From an uncultured Gammaproteobacteria bacterium (GTDB lineage Bacteria; Patescibacteriota; Microgenomatia; Levybacterales; GWA1-39-11): a DNA stretch of 64,000 nucleotides. The stretch is taken from assembly GCA_964394645.1 (NCBI GenBank), contig CAYMYC010000001.1, positions 274,052 to 338,051 on the forward strand, read 5' to 3'. How positions within the stretch are numbered: position 1 is the stretch's first letter; each line of letters starts with the position of its first letter. Shown here one piece after another: positions 9,588 through 18,669 of this stretch. The notes under the pieces are model-generated. The model searched no databases, was not told the origin of the DNA, and saw only the letters and a list, made by a program, of their open reading frames with translations. The position numbers were made by a program, and so were the translations under genes.

Positions 9588-10505
9588 TCATCTCTCGACT
9601 CTCTTTATTTGATCACCTTCCTGCTTCCAAATACTCCCAAACTTAAAGAAGTTATCTGGTAATGGATTTTTCGCAAAAGGATTGTGGACTATTACAAAAT
9701 TGTCACCTATATGATTTTGATCTCTAGGGCTATTCAGAATATCATGAACAGAGTAAATAATAGAACTTATTCTTTCGAAGCTTGAATCTCTAAACATGAG
9801 CATTCTTACTTCACTTCCACTGATTTTGCTAACTTTTTCTCTTGCGGACCAAGTACTTTCATCTGGTGTAGGTCGGGATTTTTCTCCTCTAAGAAATAGA
9901 ACCTGATGACCGATGGCAAAAAGGCATTTAAGAATCAGAGGTATCTGTGCGTCAGGGTGATCTAGGGGGGAACGATCAATTGCAATTACGAACGGATCAT
10001 TTTCATTCACGCTATGGTTTTTCAAGTACGACAAGTACTTGTCATGCTTTTCTTTTAATCCTGCAGTTAGTCTTAAGAGCATCTCTTGCTCCGGAACATC
10101 CATCGCTTTTCCGTACTCAATATCCGGCACTTTATCGTGCCCGTTACCTTTTTTAACAGCAATGGCTTCTATCCACACGTTCTGATTGTTATACGGAATC
10201 TTAAAATCAGGACCTGAACTACTATGGACTCCTAATGCGTAACCTCTATTTAGTAATGTAGATCCCAAATGTAATTCCCAAGCCCGTTGGCTAAATTGTT
10301 TTTTAAATTCGTTAGAGAAATTTGAATCAGCGTAAGCTTCATATTGCTTCCAAAGCGATTCCAAATCTTCTCGAAATTCAGGACGAGTAGTCATGGTAGA
10401 TATGGCAACGTAGGAAGGGTCGTAATAGCTAAATTTCCTTTTTAACGTATCAAGTTCTATGCTATTAGAAGCGATGCCTAAATCTTCGTTGAATAATTTT
10501 GTCAT
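9588..10505 (-). CDS. Putative PD-(D/E)XK restriction-fold protein
   Basis: AWELHL...GPDFKI...VWIEAIAV pattern (PD...E, Lys not canonical). Confidence 0.55.
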   Translation of the reverse strand: MTKLFNEDLGIASNSIELDTLKRKFSYYDPSYVAISTMTTRPEFREDLESLWKQYEAYADSNFSNEFKKQFSQRAWELHLGSTLLNRGYALGVHSSSGPDFKIPYNNQNVWIEAIAVKKGNGHDKVPDIEYGKAMDVPEQEMLLRLTAGLKEKHDKYLSYLKNHSVNENDPFVIAIDRSPLDHPDAQIPLILKCLFAIGHQVLFLRGEKSRPTPDESTWSAREKVSKISGSEVRMLMFRDSSFERISSIIYSVHDILNSPRDQNHIGDNFVIVHNPFAKNPLPDNFFKFGSIWKQEGDQIKRVER

Positions 10506-10512
10506 ATCGTAT

Positions 10513-11124
10513 TTAATCTACCTCCACCATGAACATTAGCCCATCATAAAAAACGTATACCCATAAACTTTTTGCTCCCATATCTTTTACAAACACTCTC
10601 CACATTCTAAACACACCGTCACCTCTTTCCACATAAAAATACTTCTGATAAAGCATATCTACAATTTGTTGATTGGGGATTATATTATTAATCTTAAATT
10701 TTGCATTAGAGTAGTCAATCTCAGGATTGAAGTGTTTAGTAAAACCTTTAGTTAGTCTGACGAGATATTCTTTTGTTTTCTTAACCGGATAAGTCATTCC
10801 GGTTTGTTGTACTTTTATGCCATTAATTTCGGTCTCAAGTGGGACAAGGCTTTTAATAGTAGCTTGCTTTAACTTTGGACTCCTTTTAAAAGATGACTCC
10901 ATTACTTTATTGCTCCAAATCCATGAGCCAGATTTTGACCTGTTAACTACTGAGGATGTAAAAACTCTAAAAGACTCGTCAATTAAACTAAACTTTTCGT
11001 TACATTTTTTACAACACCATACGGTAATAAGATTATTTGGTTTTGGGGATGGAAAAAGATTTTTCGGAGGAATATGGTCTTTTGTTAAATTTTCAGTAGC
11101 TCCGCATAGGTAACAGTTTTTCAT
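10513..11124 (-). CDS. HNH-domain protein
   Basis: CYLC...TKDHIPPK...CKKCN at the N-terminus. Confidence 0.75.
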   Translation of the reverse strand: MKNCYLCGATENLTKDHIPPKNLFPSPKPNNLITVWCCKKCNEKFSLIDESFRVFTSSVVNRSKSGSWIWSNKVMESSFKRSPKLKQATIKSLVPLETEINGIKVQQTGMTYPVKKTKEYLVRLTKGFTKHFNPEIDYSNAKFKINNIIPNQQIVDMLYQKYFYVERGDGVFRMWRVFVKDMGAKSLWVYVFYDGLMFMVEVD

Positions 11125-11130
11125 AATAAT

Positions 11131-11703
11131 TCATATACCCCAAATATACTTTAATCTCTTCTCAAAATTTGTTCTTAAAACCGTATTCAAAGGATCTTTC
11201 AAATCTTTTACGTATTGATTGAAATGACTTTGTATATCTTCTACTAATTTGCCTGGACATATTTTTATGTTTCCTTTCACTATTCCAATTCCGGATGAAA
11301 TCGAACAATCTAATATTATCTTTGTTCCTGTTAAACCAACGTGATACATACCACAACGAGCTTGTTCATAAACTACCTTTGTTAAAGCATCCCTATCTTT
11401 ATGACTCTTAAATTTTGGATATACCCATTTCAAACCTTCTGTAAAGAATGCTTCTGATTTTCCGGCCTTGTCATAACCATCCTTAAATTTTTGAATATTT
11501 TCAAAATATGCCATCATTATTGATAGCATGGCAAAGTCGGAATGACCAACTTTAGTTTTTATCTCTTTTAATACATCTAAAGTCCATCCCTGAATTTGTT
11601 CTTCAAAAAGCCTAATTTTATGCTTTTCAAAATCCCAATCATCCCATTTTGTAGGAAAGTCACTTCGCTTTGATTTTGATGAAATACTCAAATTGTTTTT
11701 CAT
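11131..11703 (-). CDS. Putative HEPN-like protein
   Basis: Helical, with AYFE helix and ARCGMYH (Rx4H). Confidence 0.5.
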   Translation of the reverse strand: MKNNLSISSKSKRSDFPTKWDDWDFEKHKIRLFEEQIQGWTLDVLKEIKTKVGHSDFAMLSIMMAYFENIQKFKDGYDKAGKSEAFFTEGLKWVYPKFKSHKDRDALTKVVYEQARCGMYHVGLTGTKIILDCSISSGIGIVKGNIKICPGKLVEDIQSHFNQYVKDLKDPLNTVLRTNFEKRLKYIWGI

Positions 11704-12659
11704 ACTCTATTAATTAATGGCGTTTTAGTTATTGGAACAAATACAGGGATAAATTTAATGCCATTTTGATCTAATTGCACGTCTAATAAACATACACAAG
11801 AAATAAGATTGTTTAAATCGTATTTTTCAACAATTTTCTTTACGGAACTGCCCTCATTCATACTGGTAAATAACCCAGTTCCTATACCTGCAAACATGTT
11901 GTGGGCAATAACTAGTAAGTTATTTTTATCTTCAGAAAATTGAGATACTGATTTTTTAACAGCATCTTCAACAGCTTCTCTGTCTGAATAAGAGCCGCCT
12001 TCCCCGTTAATAAACTGGGGCTTAGATAGTCGCTCTTTCTTTAATTTGGCCCTTTCTGTTTCAGAAAAATGCCAAATATTCTTCCTACAATCAGTGCAAA
12101 CAGTTTTCTTAAGAATTTCATACACTTCCTCCGTTGTAAATTCAAAACTCGATAGTTTTATTTCTATCGAATGCGAACATTCGAGACAGGGAATTTCCGC
12201 TTTACACTCCGGCCAACTTTCAGTAATTACTAAAGTTTGCTTTAGCTTTTCAAGATATAAATTGTCTATTTTTTTTGAAACTTCACCCCTCCAGGAGGGA
12301 GATTTGACTTCGGAGTACCATTCTTCAGAGACCTGATCATCAAAGGCAAAATCATTTTTCTTTGTTCTATTGCCGTATGGTTCAAATTTAGTTATATTAC
12401 ACCCTTTTATTTTTCCGAAATAATATAGAGCCTTGTATTCTCCGAGTAGTTCATCTCTCTGTTTCTCAGAGTTGACGCGTGATTTATTTGATTCGTACCA
12501 CGTGGGGTTTAGAGAGTTTACATAAGACAGCCATTGTTCCATTTCTTGATTCCATTCTGGACTATGACCAAAATCGTCAGTGTATTCATGAGAACCAAAC
12601 AAATCCACAAAAAGTGGTACATTTTGTTTGACTAATTCTTTTATGTATTTCAGGCTCAT
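11700..12659 (-). CDS. Putative PD-(D/E)XK nuclease with zinc-ribbon insertion
   Basis: LGE...NDFAF...SEVKSP followed by CLEC...CTDC. Confidence 0.6.
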   Translation of the reverse strand: MSLKYIKELVKQNVPLFVDLFGSHEYTDDFGHSPEWNQEMEQWLSYVNSLNPTWYESNKSRVNSEKQRDELLGEYKALYYFGKIKGCNITKFEPYGNRTKKNDFAFDDQVSEEWYSEVKSPSWRGEVSKKIDNLYLEKLKQTLVITESWPECKAEIPCLECSHSIEIKLSSFEFTTEEVYEILKKTVCTDCRKNIWHFSETERAKLKKERLSKPQFINGEGGSYSDREAVEDAVKKSVSQFSEDKNNLLVIAHNMFAGIGTGLFTSMNEGSSVKKIVEKYDLNNLISCVCLLDVQLDQNGIKFIPVFVPITKTPLINRV

Positions 12660-12728
12660 GTTTTAGCTTTTCTTTTTGCATTCGAATTATATTACAATAC
12701 GAGGGTAGAAAGCTAGAATTATAGGATT

Positions 12729-13463
12729 ATGAAAAAGGATTATCTTGAAGAAAAGAAAAAGAGATTGGCACAGAAAATCAAGGTACTTATTAATAGACCT
12801 GCATTTCAAAAGGAAATTCATGATCTGAGAATAAAATGGAAAATCCCGACCGATGGTATTAAGAATGAGGAAGATAACCAGAATTGGAATATGCAGCTTG
12901 GTATAGATACGGACGAGTACTATACAAAGAACTGGCCGAAAGAAAGGGCTGAGATCATAAAGCTAAGAAAAGAAGGAAAATTTAGAGAAGCAGACAACTT
13001 GAAAAAACAGATTAATGTGGACGCACCGATAAATGCTTTCAGTGAAGATATATGGATCGTTGTGAGGAAATACAGACTTTCTCCCAGATGGCACAATGGA
13101 ATCCGCCGCTACCTACTATTTAATGATCCAAAAAATATGCAAATACCAGCAGGCATTACAGTCGCAATGAATTGGGATAACGGTATAAAACGGATTTCCC
13201 TTGAGATTGACGACGACACTACTCTTAATGATCTAAAGCATGTTTGGAAATGGGCAAGAAAAATGCGTAAAGGTAGATTGTCCGATAAATTCCAACCAAT
13301 TCCTAATTTTGATAGAGATAAAAGGGCTTATGAACTTGAATTAGAAGGAAGAACCGAAAAAGAAATCGGAGATACAATACAAGAGGAATTTGGAGATAGC
13401 CTTGATTACAACGAACTTAAAATTGTAATAAAACGCTACAAAAAACGCCTCAACATCAATTGA
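12729..13463 (+). CDS. Hypothetical protein with probable C-terminal HTH
   Basis: RDKRAYELELEGRTEKEIGDTI...YNELKIVIKRY resembles an HTH. Confidence 0.6.
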   Translation: MKKDYLEEKKKRLAQKIKVLINRPAFQKEIHDLRIKWKIPTDGIKNEEDNQNWNMQLGIDTDEYYTKNWPKERAEIIKLRKEGKFREADNLKKQINVDAPINAFSEDIWIVVRKYRLSPRWHNGIRRYLLFNDPKNMQIPAGITVAMNWDNGIKRISLEIDDDTTLNDLKHVWKWARKMRKGRLSDKFQPIPNFDRDKRAYELELEGRTEKEIGDTIQEEFGDSLDYNELKIVIKRYKKRLNIN

Positions 13464-13477
13464 GCTTAATTGATGTT
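13452..13477. promoter_or_regulatory. 26-bp near-perfect palindrome upstream of the MTase-terminase operon
   Basis: AACATCAATT-gagctt-AATTGATGTT; -10 TATACT at 13501-13506. Confidence 0.55.
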
Positions 13478-13512
13478 TATACATCTGTTCTCTACCTTCA
13501 TATACTCTTCTT

Positions 13513-14847
13513 ATGTTCACAGAAAAACAAAACCTAAATGTAGTTTATGTTCCAATAACAGACCTTCTTCCCGCAACATATAATCCACGCAAGTGGAATG
13601 AAGAAGCAATAGCTCAACTCACAGAAAGCATGAAGCGCTTCGGGTTAGTTGACCCAATTGTTGTTAATGGTGCTCCCGAAAGAAAGAATATAGTAATAGG
13701 CGGTCATTTCAGGGTTAAGGTTGCAAAAGATTTGGGATATAAAGAAATTCCAGTTGTATACATAAATATCCCAGATTTAGAAAAGGAAAAAGAGTTGAAC
13801 CTTCGTCTTAATAAAAATGTAGGAGATTGGGACTGGAGTCTTCTATCAGAATTTGGAGAAACAATGCTAGCGGATGTTGGATTCTCAAGCGAACAACTTG
13901 ACGATATTTTTGACATTGAAGATACTCCTGAGCAGTTTGACCTTCAAAAAGAACTTGAGAAATTAGATATAACGCAAATTGAAATTCAAAAGGGAGACGT
14001 ATGGCAACTTGGTGAAAGTAAGCTCATGTGCGGAGACTCCACCATAGAAGATGATGTCCTTAAATTAATGAGCGACGAAAAAGCCAGCATGTGCTTCACA
14101 GACCCGCCCTACATTTTGGACTACCTCAACGGCAAGAAAAAACATGGAAAAGCAACCGAAGGTTTTGGTGCAAAGCGTGATAGGAGATATCTTGAGACAG
14201 ATGTACTACCTCCTGATTTTACTGAAAAATGGATGGCAAATATAGCTAAAGTGCAGGAAGAAAGTTTCTCAATAATTGTTTATGAGAATTGGAAGAACCT
14301 AAGAATCATATGGGGAGAGATGGAAAAGTATTGGAAGTTAAAGAACATGATAGTCTGGCATCTTCCAAACAGGAACCAAGGATTTGCTGCAAAGTATAAG
14401 TTCTTCTCAAAACATGATATCGCAATGGTTGGAGCTTCTCCCAATGCAGATGTTGAATACAATAACGAACTAGAAACAGACGGACTTCAAGAAGAATACG
14501 AAACAGCCCTATATGCAATTTCCGGCAAACCCCAATGGGAAGGATATCAGAAAGGCAAAAAGATACAACCTACTGATTTTATTGAATACGTTGCATCAGA
14601 TGAAAAACATTCTGGGCAAGGCGTAATCTTTGGAACAAAACCCATTGAAATTCTCATCCCATACATAAAAGTGCTTACAAAACGTGGAGATTTAATAATA
14701 GAGCCGTTCGGTGGTAGTGGTTCGACACTAATTGCTGCAACCAAAATGAAACGCAGATGCAACATTATGGAAAAATCCCCTGTTTATGCTGAAGTAATTA
14801 AAAAACGTTGGGAAAAGTTAACCAGACAGAAAGGAGTCAAGATATGA
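13513..14847 (+). CDS. ParB-N domain plus N4/N6 DNA methyltransferase (beta class)
   Basis: YNPR...FGLVDPIVV...IGGHFR (ParB/Srx fold); FTDPPY before EPFGGSGST. Confidence 0.9.
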   Translation: MFTEKQNLNVVYVPITDLLPATYNPRKWNEEAIAQLTESMKRFGLVDPIVVNGAPERKNIVIGGHFRVKVAKDLGYKEIPVVYINIPDLEKEKELNLRLNKNVGDWDWSLLSEFGETMLADVGFSSEQLDDIFDIEDTPEQFDLQKELEKLDITQIEIQKGDVWQLGESKLMCGDSTIEDDVLKLMSDEKASMCFTDPPYILDYLNGKKKHGKATEGFGAKRDRRYLETDVLPPDFTEKWMANIAKVQEESFSIIVYENWKNLRIIWGEMEKYWKLKNMIVWHLPNRNQGFAAKYKFFSKHDIAMVGASPNADVEYNNELETDGLQEEYETALYAISGKPQWEGYQKGKKIQPTDFIEYVASDEKHSGQGVIFGTKPIEILIPYIKVLTKRGDLIIEPFGGSGSTLIAATKMKRRCNIMEKSPVYAEVIKKRWEKLTRQKGVKI

Positions 14848-15248
14848 AGACTGACAAAAATAAGGAATTACTAATTGAACAGCTCAAGAAAACTCCCATT
14901 GTTCAAGTTTCTTGCGAGAAAGTCGGAATAGGACGCGCCACATTTTACCGCTGGAAACAGGAAGACCAAGACTTTGCAACAAGAGCAGATGAAGCGCTTG
15001 CTGAAGGATCATCTCTTGTGAACGATGTAGCTGAATCTCAATTAATGTCAGCAATTAGAGATAAGAATCTGACTGCCATAATTTTCTGGCTTAAACATCA
15101 TCACCCAAGCTATGCAACAAAGGTTGAGGTAACTGCAAGACTTAAAGCAGATAACGAAGTATTAACCCCAAAGCAAGAAGTATTAGTAACCAAAGCCTTA
15201 AAACTTGCTGCATTAATCCCAGAAACAAAGGAGGAAGAAAAGCAATGA
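14844..15248 (+). CDS. HTH protein, terminase small subunit-like
   Basis: VQVSCEKVGIGRATFYRW HTH, AIIFWLK motif; ATGA overlaps with neighbours at both ends. Confidence 0.75.
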   Translation: MKTDKNKELLIEQLKKTPIVQVSCEKVGIGRATFYRWKQEDQDFATRADEALAEGSSLVNDVAESQLMSAIRDKNLTAIIFWLKHHHPSYATKVEVTARLKADNEVLTPKQEVLVTKALKLAALIPETKEEEKQ

Positions 15249-16786
15249 CTACAGGTATAATTACTAACAAAGAGCTTGATGAAATCAAGAAGAAAAGATC
15301 AGTAAGGAGAATGCTTGCCAAAAACAGTCATCTCTGGTTCTTCTCAATTTATCTTGGACACTACATTAAATATCCATTTGCTCCATTTCATTCTGAAATG
15401 TTTGCCTTAACTGAAGACCAAGAATTACACCTCTCTGTACTTGTTGCCTTTCGAGGCTCTGGGAAATCAACTCTCATAACCCTTTCCTATCCTATTTGGG
15501 CAGTAGTTGGAGCACAGCAGAAAAAATTTATTCTCATCCTTTCTCAAACACAATCTCAAGCAAAACTCCATATGGCAAACATAAAAAGAGAGCTTGAGAG
15601 CAACGACCTTCTAAAAGGTGACATTGGACCATTTGAAGAAATAAGTGATGAATGGGGATCTAATTCTATTGTTATTTCAAAATATGGAGCAAGAATTACA
15701 GTTGCGTCAACTGAGCAAAGTATTCGTGGACTCAGACATGGTGAGCACAGACCAGACTTAGTCATTTGCGATGATGTGGAAGATTTGAATAGCGTCAAAA
15801 CTCGTGAGGGACGGGATAAAACATTTCAATGGTTAGTAGGAGAAGTACTACCGATCGGAGATCAAGAAACAAAAATTGTAATTGTTGGGAATCTTCTCCA
15901 TGAAGATAGCCTTTTAATGCGACTTAGAAAGGGAATTAAGAACGAAAAGCTTAATGGAAAATATTTTGCGTATCCTTTGCTTGATGTAAATAATACCATT
16001 GCTTGGCCTGCAAAGTTTAAAACCCTTGAGGATATTGAAAAACTAAGAACAACTATTGGAACAGACTCTGCTTGGTACAGGGAGTATCTTTTACGGATTA
16101 TTTCAGATGCTGACCGCTTGGTTCATCCGGAGTGGATTAAATATTATGATGAACTCCCTTCGGAGGAAGGAAACAATTTCAGGTATACGGCAACTGGAAT
16201 TGATCTTGCTATCTCGCAAAAAGAATCAGCAGACTGTACCGCTATGGTATCGGCAAAAGTTTTTGGATACCAAGATGAATTGAAAGTATACATACTTCCC
16301 CATCCAGTAAATGAAAGACTAAGTTTTCCAGAGACTTATGATATGGCAAAAGAATTATCCAAAGAACTTGGAAACGGTCAATATACAAAACTTTATATTG
16401 AAGACGTAGGTTATCAGGCCGCTCTCATTCAAGATTTAGAAAGAAATAATGTTCCAGCGGAAGGAGTAAAAGTTGCAGGTCAAGACAAACGATCACGACT
16501 TGCTTTAATAACCCATCTTATAAAACACGGCAAAGTTCTATTTCCATCGGGAAATCAAGCAGAAGAACTTATTATGCAATTAACTGGTTTTGGGATAGAA
16601 AAACATGATGATCTAGCGGATGCGTTTTCTCTTTTACTTCTTAAGGTGCTTGAAGAAGACGAGGGAGGGTTCGGGTTTTTCTTTATTGGTAGCGTTAATG
16701 ATTTCTATGATAGTAGAAATACCTCTTTATATGATGAATTCGGAGATAGATATGATAAACCTTTTAGCCTAGATAAAATCTTTTAA
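15245..16786 (+). CDS. terL: Phage terminase large subunit
   Basis: Walker A FRGSGKST, Walker B VICDDVE, coupling motif VGN, RNase-H nuclease GIDLAIS and HDDLADA. Confidence 0.9.
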   Translation: MTTGIITNKELDEIKKKRSVRRMLAKNSHLWFFSIYLGHYIKYPFAPFHSEMFALTEDQELHLSVLVAFRGSGKSTLITLSYPIWAVVGAQQKKFILILSQTQSQAKLHMANIKRELESNDLLKGDIGPFEEISDEWGSNSIVISKYGARITVASTEQSIRGLRHGEHRPDLVICDDVEDLNSVKTREGRDKTFQWLVGEVLPIGDQETKIVIVGNLLHEDSLLMRLRKGIKNEKLNGKYFAYPLLDVNNTIAWPAKFKTLEDIEKLRTTIGTDSAWYREYLLRIISDADRLVHPEWIKYYDELPSEEGNNFRYTATGIDLAISQKESADCTAMVSAKVFGYQDELKVYILPHPVNERLSFPETYDMAKELSKELGNGQYTKLYIEDVGYQAALIQDLERNNVPAEGVKVAGQDKRSRLALITHLIKHGKVLFPSGNQAEELIMQLTGFGIEKHDDLADAFSLLLLKVLEEDEGGFGFFFIGSVNDFYDSRNTSLYDEFGDRYDKPFSLDKIF

Positions 16787-17004
16787 AATAGATCTGACAT
16801 GTCAACTTTTAGAGCTCTTGCAATCTTGTTAACTGTTTGAACTGGAGGATTACTTTCTCCTCGCTCAATTTTACCCATATAGGTTCTATGAATTCCAGCT
16901 TTTTCTGCAAGTTTCTCTTGGGAAAGATCCAGTCTTTTTCTAAGTCTTCTAACTGTTTTACCTAATTTGAGGTTAACTTTATAGGATCTTGCTCTATTTT
17001 TCAT
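16783..17004 (-). CDS. XRE-family HTH regulator
   Basis: LSQEKLAEKAGIHRTYMGKIERGESNP. Confidence 0.9.
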   Translation of the reverse strand: MKNRARSYKVNLKLGKTVRRLRKRLDLSQEKLAEKAGIHRTYMGKIERGESNPPVQTVNKIARALKVDMSDLF

Positions 17005-17124
17005 TGATTTATAGTATGAAGAATGACCCTGTAGGTCTACATACGCTAAGGGTGCAAAATAGCCTCAAATACTACTTGCTTTTGTTATTGCTTTCGCTTA
17101 TCATTTGGACTAGAGAGGAATAAG

Positions 17125-17616
17125 ATGTCGCTTACAGAAGAACAAAAAAGAAAAATTAAAGAGGAGGAGGAAAAATATAGAGCAAATATCAAGAAAAACC
17201 TCAATAAAACTTCTTGGTGGAAGCCAAAGGGAACATTAACCTGGCTTGTATTAATTTTTATTGTCCTATCTATTATATTTGGTAGTCTTATGAGCAACTC
17301 CAGTGAGAAAACAACAACCAGCACCGATACGACAGATTTGGAAGGTAATGTAATTTTTAATGATTTCAAATTCAATGTGATCAATAGTGAGGACAAGGAT
17401 TGGAATTATTGTCACTTCACCTTAAATAAGGACTATAACTACCCTGGCAATTCTTTTAGCGATAAAGTTGGACCGATTAAAGCAGGTGAAACAGTAACAA
17501 TTCCCTCTGGACAGTTTGCAAAAAGTGATGGAACAAGATTTGACCCATTCTCTGTAAAGCCACAATCCCTAGGCCTGGATTGTAATAAACGTTTTGGTTA
17601 TTGGGAATGGAAGTAA
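17125..17616 (+). CDS. Single-pass membrane hypothetical protein
   Basis: N-terminal EEEKYR motif, one TM helix, beta-rich C-terminal domain with two Cys. Confidence 0.75.
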   Translation: MSLTEEQKRKIKEEEEKYRANIKKNLNKTSWWKPKGTLTWLVLIFIVLSIIFGSLMSNSSEKTTTSTDTTDLEGNVIFNDFKFNVINSEDKDWNYCHFTLNKDYNYPGNSFSDKVGPIKAGETVTIPSGQFAKSDGTRFDPFSVKPQSLGLDCNKRFGYWEWK

Positions 17617-17632
17617 AGGAGGTGAATATAAT

Positions 17633-18091
17633 ATGAAGAAATTTCTAAAATGGGGAGGAATTGTATTTATCGGTCTTATTGTAATCGGAGTAATCGCAAG
17701 CATGGGTAAATCAGGGAGTACGACTCCAACATCAAGATCAAACAATACAAATACTCAAAATCAAGAACAACAATCTCCGGCAAAAGAACCAGAGCAGGTT
17801 ACAGCAACTGCAATTGCAGATGACTTTGATGGAAATCAGGTAGCTGCTGAAAGTAAGTGGAACGGCAAGTACGTTCAATTTACCGCTACGGTTTCTAATA
17901 TTACAGATAGTGGACTATCCTTTACAAATATTGGATCTAAGCAATTTTCCATTACACAGATCAGCTGTAAGGTAAATGACAAACAATCATTACTGTCTCT
18001 TAAAAATGGAGAATCAGTGACTGTTAAAGGAACAATTGGAAAACAGACAATTGGAGTCATAGATATGACTGATTGTGAAGTCGTGAAATAG
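17633..18091 (+). CDS. Membrane-anchored OB-fold protein (tRNA_anti-like)
   Basis: Signal anchor; DFDGNQVAAESKWNGKYVQFTATV...LKNGESVTVKG; SD AAGGAGGT upstream. Confidence 0.75.
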   Translation: MKKFLKWGGIVFIGLIVIGVIASMGKSGSTTPTSRSNNTNTQNQEQQSPAKEPEQVTATAIADDFDGNQVAAESKWNGKYVQFTATVSNITDSGLSFTNIGSKQFSITQISCKVNDKQSLLSLKNGESVTVKGTIGKQTIGVIDMTDCEVVK

Positions 18092-18100
18092 GTATATCTA

Positions 18101-18147
18101 TAAAAGACATTTCGGGTTAGAGAGCTTACCCTCCGAGATGTCTTTTA
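18101..18147 (+). terminator. Intrinsic terminator-like hairpin
   Basis: TAAAAGACATTTCGG...CCGAGATGTCTTTTA right after the stop at 18091. Confidence 0.7.
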
Positions 18148-18161
18148 GTTATAAACACTAC

Positions 18162-18215
18162 TTGACATCATATAGTTTATGTGTTAAACTATTTAACAGG
18201 TAAACTTATAGTTTA
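18162..18215 (+). promoter_or_regulatory. Promoter with MarR-type palindromic operator
   Basis: TTGACA-17-TAAACT overlapped by ATAGTTTA-N5-TAAACTAT (18172-18192); related half-sites at 18201-18215. Confidence 0.7.
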
Positions 18216-18225
18216 GCCCTGCCTT

Positions 18226-18669
18226 ATGAATAATACACCTGATTTTGAGCAACTCTTCAATACTTTACTTGCGCTTGGAAAGTTAATGTCCCAGCAAACT
18301 CAAGAATCACATGAGGAGAGAAGCGCAACAATTCTTCAGTTCTCTGCGTTAAATTTTATCAAAGAACAACCTAATGCAACGGTTAGTGATCTTGCCGTGC
18401 CTTTACAGCTCTCAAAATCTTCCGCAACTCAGCTTGTTGAGAGACTGGTGAAGCTAGGTTTAGTCGAGAGAACCAATGATTCCGATGACAGACGTATCAT
18501 AAGACTTAATATTACCAATAATGGTGAAAAGGAATTTTCTGCTCTAAGAAATAAAATGCTGGAAAAAATGAAAAGAATTTTTTCAAAACTTCCGGCAAAT
18601 GACTTGCGTGAGCTCATAAGAATTCATAGTAATCTTATTGAAACATTAAAGAAGGAGCAAAATGGATAA
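18226..18669 (+). CDS. MarR-family regulator
   Basis: LSKSSATQLVERLVKLGLVER...DDRR winged helix. Confidence 0.93.
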   Translation: MNNTPDFEQLFNTLLALGKLMSQQTQESHEERSATILQFSALNFIKEQPNATVSDLAVPLQLSKSSATQLVERLVKLGLVERTNDSDDRRIIRLNITNNGEKEFSALRNKMLEKMKRIFSKLPANDLRELIRIHSNLIETLKKEQNG

